Positions 14,695 to 26,030 of a DNA stretch of 32,000 nucleotides are shown here, piece after piece (within the stretch, counting starts at the first letter, position 1; each line of letters opens with the position of its first letter). Where the stretch lies: NCBI RefSeq assembly GCF_018389705.1, contig NZ_CP065581.1, forward strand, positions 840,001 through 872,000, read 5' to 3'. Under the pieces are notes generated by a model. It did not search any database. It saw only the letters and a list, made by a program, of their open reading frames with translations, and was not told where the DNA came from. Source of the DNA: Mycoplasma mycoides subsp. capri. GTDB lineage: Bacteria > Bacillota_I > Bacilli_A > Mycoplasmatales > Mycoplasmataceae. The position numbers and the translations under genes were made by a program.

Positions 14695-14847
14695 ACTAGA
14701 AATATAGTGCTATTAAAACCACTCAAAAATTTATTAATATATTTTTTTAATAGTACCAAAATATTTTTCAAATTTAATAAAAAAATAAAAAAAACTCTAT
14801 TTTTATAGTTGTTTTGTTATATTTAAAATTAAAAGGTAAGTTTAAGT

Positions 14848-15342
14848 ATGAAAAAATCTAAAGTATTTAAAGAACTTAAAGATATTGATAAGTTTACAAA
14901 AGAACAACACGAAAAACAAGTGAATAAATCTATTAGTCAAGTATATGATTCAGATGATTTTAAAATGAATTTTTATGATTATCAACAAGCAAAAAAACTA
15001 AGATTAATTGGATGATTAATTGTTTTTTTAATATTTATAATTGGTAGTTTGATTGGTGTTTTAGTTGGGTATTTAACATTAAATGTTAGTAGTTTAGATA
15101 ATTGAAAAGGAATTAATTATTTTAATGTTTTATATACAACAATTTTATTTTTTATTGGATTTATAATTGGAGTTATTAAAAATAGACAAGCAACCAAATT
15201 TTTTAACGATAGAAGAAGAAGATATCAAAAAACACTAGAACTAAGTGAAGCTAAACTAATTAGATTAAAAAAGATTTTTTATTTAAGTGGTTTATTAATG
15301 TTAGTTTTAACTATTATTTTATTTTTAGTTTTTAAAATTTAG
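14848..15342 (+). CDS. Hypothetical multi-pass membrane protein (164 aa)
   Basis: MKKSKVFKELKDIDKFTKEQHEKQVNK..., with hydrophobic segments LIGWLIVFLIFIIGSLIGVLVGYL, VLYTTILFFIGFIIGVI and IFYLSGLLMLVLTIILFLVF; TAG 15340-15342. Confidence 0.8.
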
Positions 15343-15415
15343 ATTTAATAATTAGTAGAATTAATAACTAATTTATATATCTATATAATTTAGTTAGTTA
15401 TTATTAGGAGGTTTT

Positions 15416-18106
15416 ATGAAGAAATTATCAACTAATCAAATAAGAAAGATCTGATTAGATTTTTTTATTTCTAAAGATCATTACTTTTTAGAAACAGTAT
15501 CTTTAATTCCTGTTGATGATCCATCATTATTATGAATTAATTCAGGAGTGGCTACTTTAAAACCATATTTTGATGGACGAAAAACACCACCATCACCAAG
15601 ACTAACTAATTCTCAAAAAGCAATAAGAACTAATGATATTGAAAATGTTGGAGTTACAGCACGTCATCACACTATGTTTGAAATGCTTGGTAATTTTTCA
15701 ATTGGTGATTATTTTAAAAAAGAAGCAATAGAATTAGCTTGAGAACTTTTAACAGATAAAAAGTATTTTGATATTGATAAAAATAAATTATATATTACTG
15801 TTTTTAATGAAGATACTGAAGCTTATAATATTTGAAAAGATATTATTAAAATTGATGAAGATCATATTTTTAGATTATCTAGAAAAACTAATTTTTGAGA
15901 TGTAGGACAAGGACCTTGTGGACCAAATACTGAAATTTTTTATGATAGAGGTGAAATTTGAGATCCAAATAAAATTGGACCTAGATTAATTAGTGATGAT
16001 ATTGAAAATGATCGTTATATTGAAGTTTGAAATATTGTTTTTTCTCAATTTAATAATGATGGAAATGATAACTATACTGAATTACCTAGAAAAAATATAG
16101 ATACTGGTGCAGGACTAGAAAGATTTGCTTCAATTTTTCAAAACACTCCTACTAACTTTGAAACTGATATTTTTTATCCAACTATTAAAAAAGTTGAACA
16201 ACTAACTAATGATCAATTCAAATACTCAATTGATAATTATTTTAATCCTAATAAAAAACAAACTAGAATTAATACTGCTTTTAAGGTAATAGCAGATCAT
16301 ATAAGAGCTACAGTTTTTGCAATTTCTGATGGTGTATTTCCTGGTAATAAAGATAGAGGATATATTATTAGAAGATTAATTAGAAGATCTTGTGTTTTTG
16401 GAAATGAATTAGGAATTAAACAAGCATTTTTATATAAATTAGTTGATAGTGTAATTGAATCAATGAAAGAATTTTATCCTTATTTAATTGATAAAAAAAC
16501 TTTAGTAGAACAAACTATTAAAGATGAAGAAGAAAAGTTTTTAAAAACTTTATCAAAAGGATATGATCTTTTAGAAAATATCATTAAAACAAAAAATACA
16601 GTTAGTGATAAAGATGCTTTATTATTATTTGAATCATATGGTTTTCCAATTGAACAAACTATTGAAATTTCAGAATTATCTAATGTAACAGTTGATGTTG
16701 AAGGATTTAAAAAATTACTAGAACAAACAAAACAAGCTACAAGAAATGCTAGAAAAGATTTAAAAGCTTGAGATAAACAAAATGAATTATTTACAAAACT
16801 AAAAGTAGAATCTGAATTTACTGGATGATCTGAAACAAGTAGAGATAATGCTAAAGTTATTTATATGTTTACAGATCAAAAACAAGTAGAATCAATAACT
16901 GATCAAGAAGTATTTGTAATTTTAGATAAAACTCCTTTTTATGCTGAAAAAGGAGGGCAAGCTGCTGATAGTGGAATTATTTTTAATGATCAAATGAAAG
17001 GTTTTGTTATTGATGTTCAACAAGGACCAATGCATCAAAACATTCATAGAATAAAAGTTCAAGGTACTTTAAAAGTAAATGATTTGATAAATTGTAGAGT
17101 TGATGAAGAAAAAAGAATCTATACAATGAAAAATCACTCAGGAACTCATATGATTCATTATGCTTTAAGAGAAGTTTTAGGAACTAGTGTAATGCAATCT
17201 GGTTCATATAATGATGAAAATGGTTTAAGAATGGACTTTACTTATCATAGATTACCAACTAATCAAGAACTTTTAAAAGCTCAAAACTTAGTATTAGAAA
17301 AAATAAAAAATAAAGTTGATAGACAAACTTATTTTTGTAGTTTAGAAGAATCAGTTAATAAACATCAAGCTTTAGCCTTTTTTACTGAAAAATATGATCA
17401 AATAGTTAGAGTTATTAAATTTGGTGATTTTTCTTCAGAACTTTGTGGTGGAACTCATGTTAATAATACTAGTGAAATAGAAGATTTTATTATAACTGGG
17501 ATCGAATCAAAAGGTAGTGGATTATATAGAATTAAATGTTTAACTTCATTTAAAACAGTTAATGAATATTTAAATGAACAATTTAAAATATATAAAGATC
17601 AAGCTGAAATTATTATTGATAAATATAATAAAAATAAAGATCTATTAAAAAATGATCAATTAGAAAATATTTATTTACAAATAAAAAATATTACTATTAA
17701 TAAAGACAATTTATTAGTAATAAAAGATTTATTAGATAAATTAAAAGAAATCAATAAGGATTATGATAAAAAAGTTAATGATTTAATTACAGCTAATAAA
17801 CTATTAAAATATAAAGATCTAACTCCTAGCTTAAATAAAGATAATGTCAATGAAATTAAATTAGAAACTACTGATTTAAATATTAAAGATTTAAAACAAC
17901 TAGCAGATGATTTAAGAAATAAATATGATGATTTAATTGTTATTTTATTAAGTAGTACAAATGAAAATAACTTTGTAGTTGTTGCAGTTAGTCAAAGTTT
18001 ACAAAATAAATATAAAGCAATTGATATTTTTAACAATTTAGAAGGTTATGAGACTAAAGGTGGAGGAAATGCTAATTTAGCTCAAGGTAAATTTGTTAAA
18101 AAATAA
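15416..18106 (+). CDS. alaS: Alanyl-tRNA synthetase (896 aa)
   Basis: RBS aggagg; [102 protein letters not shown]; C-terminal [10 protein letters not shown]. Confidence 0.97.
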
Positions 18107-18116
18107 TATTTAATAA

Positions 18117-18174
18117 ATCAAGACTTAATTAATTGTTTTTAACAATATTAGGTCTTGTTTTTTTTTTTTTTTTT
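18117..18174 (+). terminator. Terminator hairpin after alaS, ending in a 17-T run (18158-18174)
   Basis: caagacttaattaattg tttttaa caatattaggtcttg followed by T17. Confidence 0.65.
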
Positions 18175-18219
18175 ATTAAAATATTTTAATTAAATTCATT
18201 ATATTAAAAGGATAAATAA

Positions 18220-19434
18220 ATGAAGAAATTATTAACATTTTTATCATCATTTGGTTTAATCGCTACATCAAGTTTATTAGTTATTAGTTGTAAAAACAAT
18301 ATAAGTGCATCTAAAAAAGAAGATCATAAAGATAATGAGAATATTCAATCAGATCAATCAGACAATAAAAAAGTTGAAAAAGAAAAAGAAAAACCTAAAC
18401 CTAAAAGACAAGCAACAGAAGAAGAAAAGAAAAAATTAGAAACTATATTTAAAGAACAAGAAAATGCTTTTGGTACATTTCATACTTATAAAGATGTTGT
18501 AGATCAACTACTAGTTTATGCAAATGAAAAAGGTTTAAAAGATATTACTCTTGTTGATGGTCTTAATCCAAATGAACATCTAAAAGAAGACAAAGACGGT
18601 AAAGGACAAAATGTTGTTAAATTAAAACTTTATGGATCTGATGTTACTTTTAAACCTAAAAAAGTTTTAAAAGATGAAGTAGAAACAATCTATTCAAAAG
18701 ATAAGAAAATATTAAAGCAAATAGGTTATAAGAAAATATCCAGCACAGAAATAAAAATAAGTAGGATTACTGAAAATATTCAAGAAGTACCTCTTCATTT
18801 ACCATTAAAAATAACATCATTACGTGAAGCGTTTTCTGAATCTAAAGTATCAAAAGTAAAAAATTTAGATAAATGAAATACCAAAAATATCAAAAGTATG
18901 TATTCTGTCTTTGAAAATGCAATGAAATTTAATCAAGATATATCTGCTTGAGACACTTCAAACGTAACAGATATGAGTGGTATGTTTAAAGACGCGGCTC
19001 AATTCAACCAATCTTTAAACGAATGAAAGGTTCATAATGTTGTTGAAATGGAAGATATGTTCGCTGGTGCTACAAGTTTTAATCAAGATTTAGACAAATG
19101 AAAAACTAATAGTTTAAAAAATATTAAACAAATGTTTTGGTATGCTACCCAGTTTAATGGTGATATTTCATCATGAGATGTTTCAAAGGTTACTACTTTA
19201 TATAATACATTTGCTTCAGCTGAAAAGTTCAATCAAGATATTTCAAAATGAGATGTATCAAATGTAACAATAATGCAAGGTACATTTGCAAATGCTAACT
19301 CTTTTGATAAAAATTTAAGTAGCTGAAAAGTTGATAAAGTCACCACTACTAGAGACTTTAATAAAAATATTACAAACAAATTAAATAACCAAAAAACTCC
19401 TCGTTTTAGCAAAGAAATTACTTATTCTAGTTAA
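18220..19434 (+). CDS. DUF285/BspA-type repeat surface lipoprotein (404 aa)
   Basis: MKKLLTFLSSFGLIATSSLLVISC lipobox. With TGA=W the C-terminal half carries repeats such as FNQDISAWDTSNVTDMSGM and FNQDISKWDVSNVTIMQGT; TAA 19432-19434. Confidence 0.9.
18910..19359 (+). repeat. Six tandem 75-bp (25-aa) units of the DUF285-type repeat
   Basis: FENAMKFNQDISAWDTSNVTDMSGM / FKDAAQFNQSLNEWKVHNVVEMEDM / FAGATSFNQDLDKWKTNSLKNIKQM / FWYATQFNGDISSWDVSKVTTLYNT / FASAEKFNQDISKWDVSNVTIMQGT / FANANSFDKNLSSWKVDKVTTTRDF. Confidence 0.85.
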
Positions 19435-19545
19435 TTTGTTTTAAATACTAATACATTGCTAATAAAGTTTATGAATTTTTTCAAGTATTAGTTTAACGAG
19501 CTTACAGAAATTAAAATCAATTTCTAAAAAAAATCAAAATAAAAC

Positions 19546-19575
19546 AAAAAGCTCTTAGTTTTCTAAGAGCTTTTT
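19546..19575. terminator. Bidirectional terminator between the two convergent lipoprotein genes
   Basis: AAAAAGCTCTTAG tttt CTAAGAGCTTTTT, perfect 13-bp stem. Confidence 0.85.
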
Positions 19576-19665
19576 ACTAATTTATAGTAACTTGATGTGA
19601 ATTAGAAGCTAATTCCTTGTCATTAGCTTTAGTTCTAATTTCATATGTTCCTGATTTTAAATTTT

Positions 19666-21732
19666 CTAATTTATTACTAATAATATTTCTCATTGTGAGT
19701 TTTTATTAATAACACGATACTCCATTGTATCATCAACACCAGTTATAGTGTTTGCTTGAACTTTTATCATATTATAAACGTCTATAGCTTTAGAAATTTC
19801 AATAGTTTGAACAGCAGAAGCAAATTTGTCATAACTATCTTTTCATCTAAATTGTAATTTGCCAGGAACTATATTATTTGCAATAAAACTTTCTTTAGTG
19901 ATATCAATTCACTTATTAATATTATTTCTATATTGCATTCCTGGTTTTACATTAGTAATTAAGACTTCATTTTCATCAATAGCTTTAACTATTGCTTGTG
20001 GTGTATCTTTAAACTTTTGAACATTAAATTCAATTGTATTATTAGATAAAGTAAATTTATATCCTCTTTTTTTGATGTCATTTATTTTTACAGTTACTTT
20101 ATTAAAGTTATTAAAATGATCTAAATATAAAATGTATGAATTATCTTCTTGTTTTAGTTCTTTAATCATTGCGTTTTCAATAATAAAGTTTCCTGATTTT
20201 AAACCATCAACTTTTTCACTTAGATTTATTTTAATTGCATAATGACCAAGTGTTTTAGATTTATCTTTTTCAATATATTTTTCTACATTTTTAACTTGAA
20301 TGTCTTTTGTTTCTAATTTTTGTTTAGGTTCTAGTAAGTAATTAATAGTTTTATATGAAAAGTAAGCGTTATTTTTTATTATTTCAAACTTCTTATTTTC
20401 TTTTAATTTAAGACCTGCATTATCAATTGATTTTAAAATATTAGCATACATTTTAGAGTTTGTCTTAATTTCTAATTTATTAGGTGTTTCTGTTTTATCT
20501 CCCAATTGCTTATCAATTAAAATATCAATATCTTCTTTATTTTTTACAAAATTAGTAAGTTTTAAATTTCTAAAGCGTTGCCCAAACTCTCTTGTATTTC
20601 TTAAAAATACATCATCTTTAGTAAAATCATCATCATGTAATAAGAAAAATCTATATTCTTGTTTTTGATGACTTCCTTCTATACGATCTGAAGTAGCATC
20701 AAGATGGTATCATTGTCCATCTATTTCAACTAAATTTCAAACATGTTTTACACCACTTAAATCTCTAGGACTAACATCACTTGTAATTAGAGTTGATAAA
20801 ATTCCTAGTTCATCCATTAACATTTGAAATCCCTTAGCATACCCAGTACATACTGTTTTTTTATTAACTAAAGCTGAATAAGCAGTTTGATTATCATAAC
20901 TATTAGCTACAATATAATCAAACTTAACTTCTTTTGTCATTCAATCATATGCTTTAGTTATTTGTTCTAAAACAGGTAGATTTTTTCAACCTTCTTGTTC
21001 AACTATTTTTTTAGCTTCTTGTTTTGCTTTTAAAATATTGACTTCAACAATTGGAAGGATAGTAACTACTGATTTATATAAATTACCTTTATATTCAGCT
21101 CAAATTTCAACTACTTGAGCATCAGAACTATTTTTATATTGTTTAGCTGAAATTGTTCCATCAGCTTTTAAATTAACTAATGAATCATTATCTTCTTGAT
21201 CTGCTCTTAATAGCTTATCAGTTGGAAATCTTAATCTTTGATATCACTTAACATCTTGAATCTCTTGATTAGTTTTTGAGTCAATTAATTTTAATTTTTC
21301 AGTTTTCTTTTCATTATCTAAAGTTAGATACTTTTTTTCTAATTTAAATTTAGGATGAGAATAATAATTTGATGCTATATTATGATCAAAAATTATCTCT
21401 TTAATTTTTTCTTCACTAAAATTATTTTCTTTAAATTCTTCAACATGTTGGTTTGGATAGAAATTTTCTAATTTAACTAATGATGTTTTAGAATAATTTG
21501 ATAAATCTAAAGAATCATTAATTTTAATATCACTAATATTATTTACTAATAAATTAGAATTATTGTTTAATAAATTATTATTTAATTTTTTATAATTTTT
21601 TGCTAATGGAATTTCACCATTTTTTAAATTACTAGATAAACTACAACTTGTTGTAATTGCTGATATACCAATTAATGAACCTAAAACTAATGAACTTAAA
21701 ATTATTTGCTTTTTATTATATTTTTTTATCAT
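19666..21732 (-). CDS. Transglutaminase-like domain lipoprotein (688 aa as read; C-terminus apparently frameshifted)
   Basis: MIKKYNKKQIILSSLVLGSLIGISAITTSC lipobox; VNKKTVCTGYAKGFQMLMDELGI ... GVKHVWNLVEIDGQWYHLDATSD contains the Cys/His/Asp set of transglutaminase-like domains; ORF-track fragments are all in one frame with TGA=W. Confidence 0.85.
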
Positions 21733-21825
21733 ACTAATCAATCCTAATAAATACTTAGCTAATTTATATTAACATTAATTTTTATTATTTCATACTATGA
21801 TAAGTGATTTTACAAATAAAAAAAG

Positions 21826-21844
21826 GCTTGATAAACAAGCCTAG
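21826..21844 (-). terminator. ssrA terminator
   Basis: Minus strand AGGCTTG tttat CAAGCCT TTTTTT. Confidence 0.7.
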
Positions 21845-21857
21845 TTAGTTTTCTTGA

Positions 21858-22268
21858 TGGTGGAGATGGCGAGAATCGAACTCGCGTCCAAGATACACTA
21901 ATACATACTTTCTACAGTTTAGCTAATTTTTTAATTAAAGTATCTAACTAAAATTAACTAAAGGTTAAATACTATTTGCAATTAATTTCAGATATATTTA
22001 TTGCAATCATATATCCTATTAGACTTGGGTAATACGATTATAAATAAAGCCTAAAATATCTATAATGCGTGAAATACTATAACTAAACTAAGTAGTTATT
22101 AAGCAAACATATAGTTTGCTCCAGCTGATGCATTGTTGATCATAAATGCTGGCATTTCAAAGTTTTCTTCGTTTTCGTTTGCGTTTTTTCAAACCTAGTA
22201 GTATTTATAGTCTACAACACTACTGCTTATATGTACTGGTTATATCCTGTCAAATCCATGACATCCCC
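21858..22268 (-). ncRNA. ssrA: Transfer-messenger RNA (tmRNA)
   Basis: Minus strand 5' GGGGATGTCATGGATTTGACAGGATATAACC; 3' GACGCGAGTTCGATTCTCGCCATCTCCACCA. The 7-bp acceptor stem GGGGATG/CATCTCC is present. Tag frame 22182-22099: ANENEENFEMPAFMINNASAGANYMFA*. Confidence 0.97.
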
Positions 22269-22412
22269 AGGATAGATATTTTATAATAAATTGAACTTAA
22301 TTACTAGAATAAGTATAATTATTTATTACAAATTAATTATAAATTCTTTTAGCTTTATAACTTAAAATAGATAATTTTATTTTTTTGTTATTATTAATTA
22401 ATAAGGAGTAAA

Positions 22413-23816
22413 ATGGTAGATTTAGAAAATAAAGAACAAGAAATTTTAGAACTTTATGAAAATAAAGAGTTTGATAAATGCATAGAAATTATTAAAAAAT
22501 TAAGATATGCTGATGTTGGAGAAATATTTAATTATTTAGATGAACAAATTGCTTTTAACTTATATAAAAAATTAGAAATAAATAAAGCTAGCGAAATATT
22601 TAATTATTTATCTTTTGATTTAAAAGAATATATCCTTACTAATTTGAGTCAAACTAAAATTAAACAATTAATTAATGACTTATATACAGATGATATTATT
22701 AATGCTGTTGAAAATATGCCTGTTGAAGTTGTTAAAAAAGTTTTTAATGCCGCTTCAAAAGAACAAAAAAAAGAAATTGCTAGCATTTTAAAATATGATA
22801 TTGATACTGCTGGAAGTATTATGAGTGTTAATTTTTTATCTGTTAAACAAACTACTACAGTTTCTAAAACTATTAAAGAAATACAAAAAAATCACGATGA
22901 TTATGATGAAATTGATGATGTTTTTGTAGTAAATAAGTTAAACCAATTAGTAGGAAGTATTGAAGTAAAAGATTTGATTTTAAACGATATGAATACTAAA
23001 ATTGAAAATATTATGAATACTAAAGTTATTAGTATTAATTCAAACCAATCTCAAGAAGATGCAAGTAATGCTTTAAAAAAATATGATATTAGTACTTTAG
23101 CTGTAGTTGATAATAATAATGTTTTAGTTGGAATTATTACTTCAGATGATATTATTGATGTTTTAATTGAAGAAACTAATGAAGACATGCAAAAATATAC
23201 TGGAATAAGAACAAATGAAACTAATTATTTTGATACTTCAATTTTTAAAATGTTTATTTCAAGAATCTGATCATTAGTTTTAATGTTAGGACTAACTATT
23301 ATTACAAACACTTTATTATTAGTCTTTTTTAAAAATTATAATTGATCTCCAAGCACTCAATCAAAAGAAGAATTACTATTTATGTTAATTCCATTAGTTG
23401 TGATTTTATCAACAGTAATTATTTGTTGTGCTAATCAAACTTTAGTAATGATCAGAAGAGCAATTAGTTTAGAAGAAATTAATAAAAAAAGCTTAAAAAC
23501 AATTGTTTTAAAAGAACTTGTAGTTTCTTTAATGATTGCTTTTGTTTTAATAGCTATTAATATTTTAAGAATGATTTTAATTTATGCAGTTCAATACAAT
23601 GCCAATTTAACTAATATAAATATGTGAAATAGTATTTTAATTGCATCAATTGGTATTATAGCTAGTGTTATTTTTGCAAATCTTTTATCATTATTCTTAC
23701 CATTAATTGTTAAAAAAATAGGAAAAGATTCATCTTCAGTTTCTCTACCATTATTTGCTTTAATTATTGATATTTTATGTGTTGGTGTATTTTTAGGAAT
23801 AGGATTATTGTTTTAA
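22413..23816 (+). CDS. mgtE: MgtE-family magnesium transporter with CBS pair (467 aa)
   Basis: RBS ataaggag; N-domain ADVGEIFNYLDEQIAFNLYKKL; DIDTAGSIMSVNFLSVKQTTTVSKTI; CBS HDDYDEIDDVFVVNKLNQLVGSIEVKDLI; C-terminal TM domain with SLPLFALIIDI. Confidence 0.85.
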
Positions 23817-23817
23817 T

Positions 23818-24483
23818 ATGAGGTTAAGAAAAAAGAATTGAACTGATGATTTTTTAAACCAACACTCTTTTTATTTAATTAATTATGATAATAAGAAAAT
23901 AGATTTAAAACAAATATTTTTAAACAACAATCCAACTTGTTTAGAAATTGGTTGTGGTAAAGGACAATTTATAACAACTTTAGCATTAAAAAACCTAAAT
24001 ACAAACTATATTGGTATGGAAAAATCCTCAACAATCACTGGAGTTGCATTAAAAAAGAGTTTAAAAGAATTTGAAAATCAATTAAAAGAAATGACTAATC
24101 TAAAATATTTTAATAATTTTGCTGAAGATTTATCTCAAATGTTTTCAAGTGATTCTTTTAATAAAATTTATTTAAACTTTTCAGATCCATGACCTAAAGC
24201 TAGACATTATAAAAAACGTTTAACTTATGTTAAATTTTTAGATATTTATTCAGATATTTTAATAAAGAATGGCTATTTAGAATTTAAAACTGATAATGAT
24301 TCATTGTACAATTTTACAATCGAACAATTAAACCTAACTAATAAATGAGAAGTCGTTCTAAATACTACAGATTTATATAATAATACTGAGCTTTTAAAAG
24401 ATAACATTCCAACTGAATATGAAACTAAATTTCATTTAGCCAATAAAAATATTTATAAAATAGTAATTAAAAATTTAAAATAA
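23818..24483 (+). CDS. trmB: tRNA (guanine-N7-)-methyltransferase
   Basis: [98 protein letters not shown]. Confidence 0.93.
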
Positions 24484-24615
24484 AAATTAAACTTAAAATT
24501 AGAAAACAGCTCATATGAGCTGTTTTTTTTCTACAGTATATAAATGTAATTAATTATAAGATTAAAAAAATAATGTTTCTTATTTAAAAATATTTAATCA
24601 TCTTAAAAGTAATAA

Positions 24616-24634
24616 AACTAGCAAAAAGCTAGTT
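24616..24634 (-). terminator. Terminator of the sigma-like gene
   Basis: AACTAGC aaaaa GCTAGTT, with T-rich sequence downstream on the minus strand. Confidence 0.55.
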
Positions 24635-24642
24635 GTAAAATT

Positions 24643-25245
24643 TTAATCCATTAAAGGTTCAATGATTTTTTTTAAATCAGTAGTTGTTTTTTCAATAATT
24701 TTTTTAAGTTTATTTCTTGAAATATTAAATTTTGTAAATATGTGCTTTTTTGGAACATCTCTTATATACATTTCAAAAATTGGTTTAGCAAGTTTATCAT
24801 TACAATTTTTAAAATATAAATCTATGATTTCTTCTATAGCAAAGTTATAGCCCATATAATCTTCTTCTGAAACTATATTTTCAAGATGTTCTTGTTTTAT
24901 AGAATTTGATAAACTCATATTTAATACTTTATGTCGATTATTAATATACTTGGTGCACGCATCTGTACATTTTCAAGTTACAGCATCAATAACTGATCAT
25001 ATAAACTTTTTTTTAATATTTTTAGCCTGATACACTTGTAACAATTCATCAAATGCTATTCAGGCATATGACATTAGATCATGATGTTCTAATGGAAGTG
25101 AATGAAATTTTGACATTGCTTTTTTAATACCATAATTAATCGGTGGTGATAATAACAAAAATAATTTTGTTTTATCTTCTAGCTCTAGCTTTGACAAATC
25201 CATTTCTAAGAATGGTTTAATTTTTTCTTCAATCTTAAAGCTCAT
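24643..25245 (-). CDS. Small divergent sigma-70-family-like protein (200 aa)
   Basis: AAGGA RBS before ATG 25245. Region-2-like LLLSPPINYGIKKAMSKFHSLPLEHHDLMSYAWIAFDELLQVYQAKNIKKKFIWSVIDAV; region-4-like AKPIFEMYIRDVPKKHIFTKFNISRNKLKKIIEKTTTDLKKIIEPLMD. Two TGA=W codons join the ORF-track fragments. Confidence 0.6.
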
Positions 25246-25341
25246 TACTAAAGAATTCCTTAACATTATCTATATAGCTTTTTTATTTGAAATATAAGTA
25301 ATTTCATTAATCTTTTATTTAAACACTAGTTATTTTATTAA

Positions 25342-25650
25342 TTAGATTAATCTAATGAGGAATCAAGTAATAATAAGTAAATATCAAAGTATTCTTTTTA
25401 AAAATATTTTAATTATTTTTATAATTTTAACTATGATGTTATCAAGTTTTATAATCAAAAAATAAGCTAAATCTGTTATTAAAATTTGAATTTCTAATAT
25501 TGGTAGGTAAAATTTAACAAATCTTTTCTTAACATTAGTAGTTTTTACTAATATTTTAAATAACTCTATTTTTTTAAAACTTGATTTAAGTCAGTATCTT
25601 TTATAAAATTTGCTCAAATATAAGAACTTTCTATTTATGTGGATTTTTTA
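25342..25650 (-). pseudogene. Possible remnant of a membrane-protein gene (about 102 codons open with TGA=W, no ATG start)
   Basis: KIHINRKFLYLSKFYKRYWLKSSFKKIELFKILVKTTNVKKRFVKFYLPILEIQILITDLAYFLIIKLDNIIVKIIKIIKIFLKRILWYLLIITWFLIRLI*. Confidence 0.3.
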
Positions 25651-26030
25651 TAATAAGAATTTCTTATTTAAAGATAAACCTATATTGTGTATATTATTTA
25701 TAAAATGTGTGTTAAATTAATAATAAAGTTTCATTTTAACTTGATATAAAATTTTGAAATTTAACAATTATATAGTTACTTCATATTTTTAAGACTTTTA
25801 AAAAAATAACATTCTTAATAGTGATTAATGAAATTTTTTGATGAATTTTTTGATGATAATTAAATCTAATAGATTTATAAAATTCTAAATATCTTTATTC
25901 TATTTTCCTTCCTATTCACTATAGTATTAGGAAAAAAATTTTAAAAGTAACCTAAAAAACTGAAAAATTCTAAAATTTTATAAATGACACTAATTTTAAA
26001 AAATTTATAAACCTTTTATTAATTAAAATA

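Noticed and set aside
24662-24850. ORF-track 62-aa + strand ORF (hydrophobic)
   Set aside because: Antisense to the sigma-like gene, whose own frame has an RBS and is longer with TGA=W.
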